NCBI GenBank assembly: GCA_045635045.1
Contig: JAZRBL010000115.1
Location: 1-63,007 of the forward strand
From: Candidatus Enterocola sp.
GTDB taxonomy: Bacteria; Bacteroidota; Bacteroidia; Bacteroidales; Paludibacteraceae
Length of the DNA stretch: 63,007 nt
Reading direction: 5' to 3'
The position numbers were made by a program, and so were the translations under genes. Numbering within the stretch: the first letter of the stretch is position 1; each line of letters starts with the position of its first letter. Of the stretch, positions 28,496 through 35,904 are shown one piece after another. The notes under the pieces were generated by a model. It had not been told where the DNA came from, did no database searches, and saw only the letters and a list, made by a program, of their open reading frames with translations.

Positions 28496-30085
28496 ATGAA
28501 AAAGTTACAGATTTTATTTTTTAGCTTAGTAAGTTGTGTGGGCGCATTTGCAGCACCTAATTCGTTGTATTTTATGGATTTGTTGCCCTATCAGGTGTAT
28601 CAAAATCCAGCCATGCGTCCCCTTTCTGATGTGTATGTAGAAATTCCGGGTATTTCTACGGTAGGAGCATCGTTGCATTTGGGTAGCTTGTCGTTGAACG
28701 ATGTAGCCTATGTAAAAGATGGTAAATTGGTTACCTTTTTGCATCCCGAATATGGCAACCAAGCGGGCTTCTACAATAAATTGCAAAATACCGAACATTT
28801 TAGAGCGGATGCTTATACGAGTTTTTTGGGATTTGGTTTTAAGCAAGGCGAAAAAGGGTATTTGTCTTTCAATCTATCTGCCAAAGCCGATGCGTTGCTA
28901 TCGGTACCCAAAGAATTTTTAGGTGTATTGTTAGAAGGAACCCCCGATACCTTGGGCGTGAACCGATTTGATATGAGCAATACGGCATTGCGTGCTAATC
29001 TTTATCTTGATTTATCGGCTGGCTATTCGCATCAAATTAACGAGCAGTGGCAAGTTGGGGGTAGGGTGCACTTGTTGTTGGGAGCTGCCTCTATTCATAC
29101 TACGTACGATCAATTCTATTTGGATGCCTCAAAAGACGAGTGGACACGCAATGCGGTAGGAAAATCGGCTGTTTCGCTTCCGGGTTTGACAATTGTTGAT
29201 GGGGAACCTTATATGGAGGATATCGAGACTGCTTTAGTGTATTATAGACCCAGTATGGGTGCGGCATTCGACTTGGGTGCTGTGTACAAGCCCCTTCCAG
29301 AACTATCGCTTAGTTTGTCGCTAACCGACTTAGGCTTTATGGTATGGGACAATTCGTTGATTACCCAGGTAAATAGCAAGGCAACCTACGATGGGGTAGA
29401 ATATGAAGCCGGTGTGTCTCCCATTGACGAATTAACAAAAGAGTTGGGGTCGTTGTTGGTGTTGCCAAAAGGGGTGGCGCAATCTAGGCAGTTTGTAAGC
29501 GAACTGCGTGGTAAATTGTATGTAGGCGCCGAGTATAGCTTTTTGCGCAACATGATGAGCGTGGGCTTGCTATCTAAAACCGAGTTTATGTCTAAATACG
29601 TATCGGAAGAAGTGAGTTTGAACTACAAGATACGTCCTTGCCACTGTTTTGAAATTTTGGCCGGTTACTCGTTTGTGTCGGGCGGATGGTCTACCATGAG
29701 CTTTGCCATGGACCTTAAACTACCTCCGTTTAATTTTTACGTAGCTACCGACTATGTACCCTTCCATTATTCGCCCAACGGGCTTCCTTACAAATCGCAA
29801 GCCCTTAATGTGCAAGCCGGTGTTGTGCTTACGTTCAATACCAAAGATAACGTAAAACGCTTAAAAGGCAAATTAACCGAACCCGAAGTTGTATTCCCAG
29901 AGAAAGAACCAACTACGCTCTCTGAGCCTGTAGACGTGCCCGCCGCAACCGATCCCCAAGCGGTCCCTGAGCCCGCCGAAGTAGAAACCTCGGTGTCTAA
30001 TACCACAGTAACCGAAACCGTTACCGAAAAAGTAGAAGAGGTGCAAGGCGATGAGGTAGGCGGAACCAATGTGGTGAAGTTGTAA
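28496..30085 (+). CDS. Putative outer-membrane protein with Pro/Glu/Thr/Val-rich tail
   Basis: 529 aa with a signal peptide. The body has alternating hydrophobic/aromatic strands of the beta-barrel kind. The tail is low-complexity: EPEVVFPEKEPTTLSEPVDVPAATDPQAVPEPAEVE. Confidence 0.5.
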   Translation: MKKLQILFFSLVSCVGAFAAPNSLYFMDLLPYQVYQNPAMRPLSDVYVEIPGISTVGASLHLGSLSLNDVAYVKDGKLVTFLHPEYGNQAGFYNKLQNTEHFRADAYTSFLGFGFKQGEKGYLSFNLSAKADALLSVPKEFLGVLLEGTPDTLGVNRFDMSNTALRANLYLDLSAGYSHQINEQWQVGGRVHLLLGAASIHTTYDQFYLDASKDEWTRNAVGKSAVSLPGLTIVDGEPYMEDIETALVYYRPSMGAAFDLGAVYKPLPELSLSLSLTDLGFMVWDNSLITQVNSKATYDGVEYEAGVSPIDELTKELGSLLVLPKGVAQSRQFVSELRGKLYVGAEYSFLRNMMSVGLLSKTEFMSKYVSEEVSLNYKIRPCHCFEILAGYSFVSGGWSTMSFAMDLKLPPFNFYVATDYVPFHYSPNGLPYKSQALNVQAGVVLTFNTKDNVKRLKGKLTEPEVVFPEKEPTTLSEPVDVPAATDPQAVPEPAEVETSVSNTTVTETVTEKVEEVQGDEVGGTNVVKL

Positions 30086-30103
30086 ACAACGCCACGCTAT
30101 AAA

Positions 30104-30136
30104 CCAAAAAAAGCGACCAAATTTGGTCGCTTTTTT
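30104..30136. terminator. Bidirectional intrinsic terminator
   Basis: 18-nt perfect palindrome GCGACCAAATTTGGTCGC (30113-30130). It is flanked by A7 on the left and T6 on the right, between convergent genes. Confidence 0.7.
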
Positions 30137-30159
30137 GGTTATGCAGTTGCTACCGAAAT

Positions 30160-32313
30160 TTATTCGGCAGCAGGAGCTTCTGGTTTAGGAGCACGAGGAG
30201 GACGAGGAGTCAATACTTTGTGCGAAAGTTTGAATTTGCCAGTCTTTTTGTCGATGTCCAATAGCTTAACGGTAATCATGTCGTTTTCTTTCAAACCAGC
30301 GGTTTCCATGGTTTCGATGCGTTCCCAGCTAATTTCTGAGATGTGCAACAAACCTTCTTTGCCAGGCATGAATTCAACAAATGCACCGTAAGGCATGATT
30401 GATTTTACTTTGGCTTCGTAGGTTTCGCCTACTTCTGGAATAGCCACAATGGCTTTAATTTTAGCTACAGCGCAATCAATAGATGCTTTGTTTGATGCTG
30501 CAATTTCTACTACGCCGCAATCTTCGCTTTCTTCGATAGAAATGCTAGCGCCGCTTTCGGCTTGCATGGCTTGAATAATTTTACCACCAGGGCCAATAAT
30601 AGCACCAATCATGTCTTTAGGAACATTCATGGTAACAATGCGTGGAGCGTGTGGTTTCAAGTCTTCGCGAGGTTCTGCGATGGTTTCTTTGATTTTACCC
30701 AAGATGTGCATACGGCCTTCGCGTGCTTGTTCTAGGGCTTTTTCTAGAATTTCGTACGACAAACCGTCTACTTTGATGTCCATTTGGGTAGCAGTAATAC
30801 CTTTTTCGGTACCGGTTACTTTAAAGTCCATGTCGCCCAAGTGGTCTTCGTCGCCCAAGATATCAGAAAGGATGGCATAGTTGGTACCTTTGTTTTCTGA
30901 AATCAAGCCCATGGCAATACCCGATACAGGACGTTTAATGGCTACACCGGCGTCCATAAGCGCCAAGGTACCGGCACAAACCGATGCCATAGACGATGAA
31001 CCGTTTGATTCCATGATATCAGAAACCACGCGGATAGCGTAAGGATAGTTTTCTGGGATCATCACCTTAAGGGCGCGGCAAGCCAAGTTACCGTGACCAA
31101 TTTCTCTGCGGCCTACACCACGTTGTGGACGAGCTTCGCCCGTAGAGAAGGGAGGGAAGTTATAGTGCAATAAGAAACGTTCTTTGCCTTGGATAAGGGC
31201 TTCGTCAATGAGTTTTTCATCTTGTTTGGTACCCAAAGTTACGGTACAAAGCGATTGGGTTTCGCCGCGGGTAAAGATAGAAGAACCGTGAGGACCAGGT
31301 AGGTAACCTACTTCCGACCAAATAGGACGAATTTCGGTGGTTTTACGACCGTCCAAACGAATGCCTTCGTCTAGAATAGCACGACGCATGGCTTCTTTTT
31401 CTACATCGTGGTAGTAGCGGTCAATAAGCGCTGCTTTTTCTTCTAGTTCTTCTTCGCTTAAGGTAGCTTTGTAAGCTTCGCAAACGGCTTTGAAGTTAGC
31501 ACCACGGCTGTGTTTGTCGGTGTTGCAAGATTTTGCAAGTGCATAGGTTTCTGCGTAAGTTTTTTCGCGTACGTCTTTGCGCAATTCTTCGTCGTTCACT
31601 TCGTGGCAGTATTCGCGTTTAACGGTTTTGCCAGCTGCTTCCATTAGTTCCAATTGTGCTTGGCATTGTGGAATAATGGCTTCGTGAGCGGTGCGGATAG
31701 CGTCCAAAAGGTCTTTTTCGCTTACTTCGTTCATTTCGCCTTCTACCATCATGATGTTGTCGATAGTGGCAGCAACAATAATGTCAAGGTCGGCATTTTC
31801 CAATTGTTGGAAGGTGGGATTTACCACAAATTCGCCGTTAATACGTGCTACGCGAACTTCAGAAATAGGACCGTTGAATGGAATGTCTGATACAGCGATA
31901 GCAGCCGATGCAGCCAAACCAGCCAAAGAGTCGGGCATGTCAACGCCGTCGGCCGAATAAAGGGTTACGTTTACAAACGTATCTGCGTGGTAGTTATCGG
32001 GGAATAGGGGACGAAGCGCGCGGTCTACCAAACGAGCAGTAAGGATTTCGTAGTCCGATGCTTTGCCTTCACGACGGGTAAAACCGCCTGGGAAACGTCC
32101 GCCCGAAGCAAATTTTTCTTTGTATTCTACGGTTAATGGCATGAAGTCGGTACCAGGAACAGCGTCTTGTGCTGAACATACCGTTGCCAAAAGCATGGTG
32201 TTGCCCATGCGTACCATTACAGAACCGTCGGCTTGTTTGGCCAATTTGCCGGTTTCGAGTGTAATGGTTCTACCATCTTGCAAGGTGATGGTTTTGGTAA
32301 TTACATTCATCAT
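30160..32313 (-). CDS. pnp: Polyribonucleotide nucleotidyltransferase (PNPase)
   Basis: 717 aa. Two RNase PH domains, a KH domain (IGPGGKIIQ) and an S1 domain ([20 protein letters not shown]). Confidence 0.95.
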   Translation of the reverse strand: MMNVITKTITLQDGRTITLETGKLAKQADGSVMVRMGNTMLLATVCSAQDAVPGTDFMPLTVEYKEKFASGGRFPGGFTRREGKASDYEILTARLVDRALRPLFPDNYHADTFVNVTLYSADGVDMPDSLAGLAASAAIAVSDIPFNGPISEVRVARINGEFVVNPTFQQLENADLDIIVAATIDNIMMVEGEMNEVSEKDLLDAIRTAHEAIIPQCQAQLELMEAAGKTVKREYCHEVNDEELRKDVREKTYAETYALAKSCNTDKHSRGANFKAVCEAYKATLSEEELEEKAALIDRYYHDVEKEAMRRAILDEGIRLDGRKTTEIRPIWSEVGYLPGPHGSSIFTRGETQSLCTVTLGTKQDEKLIDEALIQGKERFLLHYNFPPFSTGEARPQRGVGRREIGHGNLACRALKVMIPENYPYAIRVVSDIMESNGSSSMASVCAGTLALMDAGVAIKRPVSGIAMGLISENKGTNYAILSDILGDEDHLGDMDFKVTGTEKGITATQMDIKVDGLSYEILEKALEQAREGRMHILGKIKETIAEPREDLKPHAPRIVTMNVPKDMIGAIIGPGGKIIQAMQAESGASISIEESEDCGVVEIAASNKASIDCAVAKIKAIVAIPEVGETYEAKVKSIMPYGAFVEFMPGKEGLLHISEISWERIETMETAGLKENDMITVKLLDIDKKTGKFKLSHKVLTPRPPRAPKPEAPAAE

Positions 32314-32351
32314 AATGTTTAACTTAAAATTCTTAGACTCTAAAATTCGGA

Positions 32352-32359
32352 CAAATTTA
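32352..32359 (-). promoter_or_regulatory. -7 promoter box for pnp (TAAATTTG on minus strand)
   Basis: Plus-strand CAAATTTA, 39 nt upstream of the pnp ATG. Confidence 0.45.
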
Positions 32360-32425
32360 AGAAATAAAACAATAGGTTGGGTTACTTTTTTACGAAATAT
32401 ACCATTGTTGTTCTTAAAAAAATGT

Positions 32426-32433
32426 TATTTTTG
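32426..32433 (+). promoter_or_regulatory. -7 promoter box (TATTTTTG)
   Basis: Exact TAnnTTTG match, 39 nt upstream of the ATG at 32472. Confidence 0.5.
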
Positions 32434-32471
32434 CTTTTGAAGAATCAAATTTAACCTTAATACATACAAAC

Positions 32472-32771
32472 ATGAAAAAGTTATTTTATATGGTGGCTGC
32501 CTTGCTGTTATTGGCAACTACTTCTTGTAACCGCTATGGCGAGAATGGCCCCAATCCTTTGGATCCTAATGATTATTGTTGGGAAATAACCATGATTATT
32601 ACAAACGAAGGCCAGACTTTTACAGAAATTGAGTATCAGTGGAGTACGGGCGCCGAAATGATTGCCTTTTTTGAAATGGTGAAGCATGGCGTAAAAAAAG
32701 AGCAACCTGGGGTGGAATTAGATGTTAAAATTACAAAAACTGACCGTCCTGAGGATACTTGTAGAGAATAA
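32472..32771 (+). CDS. Small lipoprotein, paralog A
   Basis: 99 aa. Lipobox LATTSC. Shares the DPNDYCWE motif and the C-terminal EDTC with the next gene. Confidence 0.6.
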   Translation: MKKLFYMVAALLLLATTSCNRYGENGPNPLDPNDYCWEITMIITNEGQTFTEIEYQWSTGAEMIAFFEMVKHGVKKEQPGVELDVKITKTDRPEDTCRE

Positions 32772-32812
32772 TGTATTAATTTTGTCGTGTTAAATTAAAA
32801 AAACAGAACGTT

Positions 32813-33181
32813 ATGAAAAAGATTATTTATTTAGTAGCAGCATTGGCAACTATGTGCTTAGTATCTTGCCAATCAAACAGTGGTATGGATGTCAACGATC
32901 CAAATGAATACTGCTGGGAAGTAAATGTAGAAGCTAAAATCCAAGGAATGGGTGCAGAAATTAAAGTAGACAAAACAGTCTATGTATGGGGAACCGCTGC
33001 AGAAATTCAAGAATACATCAATGATGCAAAACAGCAAGCAGTAGCAGAGGGTGCAACCGTTACTATTACTAGCAGCAAATCGAATATTAAAAACGAAGAT
33101 GCCTGCGACGAAAGCAATGATTTAAATACTGACATGCAGTTCCCTGATGTAGAATACCCAGATTTCGATTTCGATTTCTAA
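32813..33181 (+). CDS. Small lipoprotein, paralog B
   Basis: 122 aa. Lipobox CLVSC. Contains DPNEYCWE and EDAC, with an acidic tail ending DFDFDF. Confidence 0.6.
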   Translation: MKKIIYLVAALATMCLVSCQSNSGMDVNDPNEYCWEVNVEAKIQGMGAEIKVDKTVYVWGTAAEIQEYINDAKQQAVAEGATVTITSSKSNIKNEDACDESNDLNTDMQFPDVEYPDFDFDF

Positions 33182-33206
33182 TATAGTCTAAGCTTACTTA
33201 TTTTAC

Positions 33207-33376
33207 AGCCGTACCGCTCATTTGGCTAACTTAACAATCTTTTATTAAACGAGTAACTTCGGGTTATCAATGGCGTGCTGCTATTGCGCAAGCAATTGGG
33301 CAGATTACAAAGAGTTCCGAGGCCTCAAATCCTTACTATTTATGAGTTTGGATCATAATGGCGGTACGGTTTTTTT
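33207..33376 (+). ncRNA. Candidate structured small RNA (unclassified)
   Basis: A 9-bp perfect long-range helix pairs CCGTACCGC (33209-33217) with GCGGTACGG (33361-33369), followed immediately by T7. Internal hairpins are capped by GCAA (CTGCT-ATTGC-GCAA-GCAAT-TGGGCAG) and TTCGG (TAAC-TTCGG-GTTA). The 212-nt convergent spacer has no convincing ORF. Confidence 0.3.
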
Positions 33377-33393
33377 GTGCCCTTATGTCAGGG

Positions 33394-34473
33394 TTATTTA
33401 GGCGCTTTTAGGTAGAGCACTATGCCAATGCCTAGGTAAATAAGGTTGGGAATCCAAACCGATAAAAGCGGGTCGACGCCGCCTTTTATGGTAAATGAAC
33501 TTGAGGTAAGGTTGAACAGCAAGTAAGTAACGCTTAATAAGAGCCCCAAAAAGATGTGGTGTCCTGTGCCACCTCTTACTTTTTTAGACGCAATGGATAC
33601 CCCTATAAGGGTAAGAATAAAAGCCGCAAAAGGGTTGGCAAACCGTTTGTATAGTTCTAGCTTATAAGCTCCTAATCCGCCTATACCTCGTTTGCTGCAT
33701 TCGGAAATATAAGCACGTAGTTGGCTGTTGGTAAGCTGTTCGTGCTCTTTAATAATTTCTTTAAAATCTTTGGGCAGCATGTTTAACTCCATGGGGAGCG
33801 AAGGCCCTTTGCTTAATTCTTCTTTTAAATCGGTAAAGGTACGTTTGGTATAATCGATGGCTCGCCATTGGTAGAGCGAATCGTACTCTATGCGCAGCGC
33901 TGTAACGCGCTCTACAAGTCTTTTCCCGTCAAATTTATCGTAAGAAAAACGGAAACCTACGTTTTTACTTAGGCTGTAGCGTTCTACGTACACAATTTCG
34001 TTGCTGGACAATTGGAGTTGTTTGTTGTTGCTACTGGCTTCAAATTGTTCGTGGTAGATATACTTTGATTCAAATTTTACCCGTTCTCGGATACTGGGTG
34101 GAATTATTTCGGAGCTAATGTAGAACGTAAAAATAGCAATAATACAGGCCGATATCATGTAGGGCACCAGAATGCGCTTAAAGCTAATGCCCCCGGCTAG
34201 CATAGCAATGATTTCCGAGTTGTAGGCTAACTTGGAGGTAACAAAAATAACCGACAAAAACGTAAACAGCGAGCTAAAAAGGTTGATGTAGTATGGAATA
34301 AAGTAAATGTAGTAGCCAAAAATAATGGTATACGTGTCCAATCCTTCTCTGTAAAAGTCGTCCATCTTTTCTGTAATATCAATAACGATGGCAATACTAA
34401 TAACTAGCAGAAGGGTTAGGGCGTAGGTTCCTAAAAATTTCTTGATGATATAAAAATCAATCTTTTTAAGCAT
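33394..34473 (-). CDS. LptF/LptG-family LPS export permease
   Basis: Start at the Met of MLKKIDFYIIKKFLGTY, the canonical YjgP/YjgQ N-terminus. Six TM segments with a large periplasmic loop. Confidence 0.8.
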   Translation of the reverse strand: MLKKIDFYIIKKFLGTYALTLLLVISIAIVIDITEKMDDFYREGLDTYTIIFGYYIYFIPYYINLFSSLFTFLSVIFVTSKLAYNSEIIAMLAGGISFKRILVPYMISACIIAIFTFYISSEIIPPSIRERVKFESKYIYHEQFEASSNNKQLQLSSNEIVYVERYSLSKNVGFRFSYDKFDGKRLVERVTALRIEYDSLYQWRAIDYTKRTFTDLKEELSKGPSLPMELNMLPKDFKEIIKEHEQLTNSQLRAYISECSKRGIGGLGAYKLELYKRFANPFAAFILTLIGVSIASKKVRGGTGHHIFLGLLLSVTYLLFNLTSSSFTIKGGVDPLLSVWIPNLIYLGIGIVLYLKAPK

Positions 34474-34544
34474 AGCAAGGGCAAAGATACGCATTTTTTA
34501 TAAAAAAAATAGCAAAAAAATTTGCATGGTATTTGTAAATACTA

Positions 34545-34552
34545 TATCTTTG
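34545..34552 (+). promoter_or_regulatory. -7 promoter box (TATCTTTG) for the perR cluster
   Basis: Exact TAnnTTTG match, 62 nt upstream of the ATG at 34614. Confidence 0.5.
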
Positions 34553-34567
34553 CAATACAAACAAAGA

Positions 34568-34580
34568 TGTAATGATTACA
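34568..34580. promoter_or_regulatory. Fur-family-box-like palindrome TGTAATgATTACA
   Basis: Perfect 6-1-6 inverted repeat between the -7 box and the Fur/PerR start codon. Its shape resembles the 7-1-7 Fur/PerR box (TGATAATnATTATCA). Confidence 0.4.
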
Positions 34581-34613
34581 ACTTTGAGATAAAAACAAAA
34601 AAAGGAGGCGCCA

Positions 34614-35039
34614 ATGCCAGTAAAGGTGAAGACATATTTACAAGAGAAAGGAGTGAATCCTTCTGTGCAACGCATGGCAGTAATGCAGTATTTATTAACG
34701 CATTTTACGCATCCTACGGTAGACGAAATTTATTCCAATCTATCGGAAAGCATGCCCACCCTTTCTAAAACAACCGTTTATAATACGCTAAAAGTATTGG
34801 TAGAAAACGGAGCGGCCTTGCAACTGACCATTGACGAAAAAAACACCCGTTACGACGGAAATACACATCCGCACGCGCATTTTATTTGCATGGGTTGTGG
34901 AAAAGTACACGATGTAGAGGGAGTTAATTTGGTTGCCGTAGACAAAACGAGTCATAATGGCTTGCAAATAACCGAAACCCAGGTTTATTACAAAGGGTAT
35001 TGCACCGAGTGTCAACGCATCAACGCATCAACGCATTAA
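34614..35039 (+). CDS. perR: Fur-family repressor, PerR-like
   Basis: 141 aa. Contains VQRMAVMQYLL..HPTVDEIY, TVYNTLKVL, HPHAHFICMGCGKVHDV and YCTECQ (two CxxC pairs). Lies next to rubrerythrin. Confidence 0.8.
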   Translation: MPVKVKTYLQEKGVNPSVQRMAVMQYLLTHFTHPTVDEIYSNLSESMPTLSKTTVYNTLKVLVENGAALQLTIDEKNTRYDGNTHPHAHFICMGCGKVHDVEGVNLVAVDKTSHNGLQITETQVYYKGYCTECQRINASTH

Positions 35040-35048
35040 CAAATCAAC
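35012..35048. repeat. Degenerate octamer tandem repeat (GCATCAAC-type) x~4.5
   Basis: The sequence tcaac gcatcaac gcatcaac gcattaac aaatcaac encodes the PerR C-terminus (..RINASTH) and its stop codon. Confidence 0.7.
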
Positions 35049-35066
35049 ACTTAATAGAATAGAACC

Positions 35067-35186
35067 ATGAAAAAATTTGTATGTACCGTATGTGGATATG
35101 TTCACTATGGCGAACAACCACCAGCCATTTGCCCCAAATGCAAACAACCTGCTAAAGTATTTAAAGAAGTACCTAGTAATAAATAA
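35067..35186 (+). CDS. 39-aa stand-alone rubredoxin-like zinc-ribbon protein (not in ORF track)
   Basis: Hand translation: MKKFVCTVCGYVHYGEQPPAICPKCKQPAKVFKEVPSNK*. The CxxC-x12-CxxC spacing is identical to the N-terminus of the rubrerythrin at 35307 ([32 protein letters not shown]). Confidence 0.6.
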   Translation: MKKFVCTVCGYVHYGEQPPAICPKCKQPAKVFKEVPSNK

Positions 35187-35306
35187 TGACTAATCGACTA
35201 AAATTTTGAGTAGCGAGCGCAGAGGCAAGTTTACTTGACTATGCCGAGTCACGAGAAATTTCATGAAATGCGAAGCATTGAATAAACAAATAAACACTAA
35301 AAAGAT

Positions 35307-35852
35307 ATGAAAAAATTTATTTGCAGCGTATGTGGATACGTACACGAAGGAGATAGTGCACCAGCAATGTGCCCACAATGTAGACAAGGTGCTGAAAAAT
35401 TCAGCGAACTAGTAGAAAACGAACTATCGTTTGTAACTGAACACGTAATTGGTATTGCTAAAGATACCGATGACGAAATGAAAAAAGACCTAAACGCACA
35501 CTTTATGGGCGAAGCTACCGAAGTGGGTATGTATTTGGCTATGAGCCGTCAGGCAGACCGCGAAGGTTACCCAGAAATTGCCGAAGCGTTTAAACGCTAT
35601 GCGTTCGAAGAAGCTGAACACTGTGCTAAATTTGCCGAATTGCTAGGCGATGTGGTTTGGGATACCAAAACCAACCTAGAAAAACGAATGAATGCCGAAA
35701 GTGGTGCTTGCGCAGACAAAATGCGTATTGCAAAACGTGCCAAAGAATTGAACTTGGATGCTATTCACGACACCGTTCACGAAATGGCAAAAGACGAAGC
35801 TCGTCACGGTCGTGGTTTCAAAGGTTTATTTGATCGCTACTTTGGAAAATAA
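35307..35852 (+). CDS. rbr: Reverse rubrerythrin (N-terminal rubredoxin-like domain + ferritin-like diiron domain)
   Basis: 181 aa. N-terminal CSVC..CPQC. Diiron ligand context [13 protein letters not shown], and [11 protein letters not shown]. Confidence 0.9.
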   Translation: MKKFICSVCGYVHEGDSAPAMCPQCRQGAEKFSELVENELSFVTEHVIGIAKDTDDEMKKDLNAHFMGEATEVGMYLAMSRQADREGYPEIAEAFKRYAFEEAEHCAKFAELLGDVVWDTKTNLEKRMNAESGACADKMRIAKRAKELNLDAIHDTVHEMAKDEARHGRGFKGLFDRYFGK

Positions 35853-35871
35853 TATAAAAGTAGAAATTGAA

Positions 35872-35904
35872 AGAGGTGGACTAGCAAGTCCACCTCTTTT
35901 TTTA
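35872..35904. terminator. Bidirectional intrinsic terminator between rbr and ftsZ
   Basis: Hairpin AGAGGTGGACT-AGCA-AGTCCACCTCT followed by T7. The T-run overlaps the ftsZ stop codon. Confidence 0.7.

Noticed and set aside
30611-32440. Plus-strand ORFs inside pnp (30611, 31654, 31691, 32063).
   Set aside because: They are antisense to an unambiguous full-length PNPase and carry no motifs.
33270-33401. A 43-codon Cys-rich ORF (MACCYCASNWADYKEF...) in the 33.2-kb spacer, considered as a possible RiPP-like or small-protein gene.
   Set aside because: - No modifying enzymes or transporter lie nearby.
- The ORF runs into the convergent LptF/G gene's 3' end.
- The region is better explained by RNA secondary structure. 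It is kept only as an alternative under the ncRNA finding.
34466-34768. ORFs 34466-34675 (-) and 34526-34768 (+) around the perR promoter.
   Set aside because: - They overlap the promoter/leader and the genuine Fur-family frame.
- Their translations are low-complexity.
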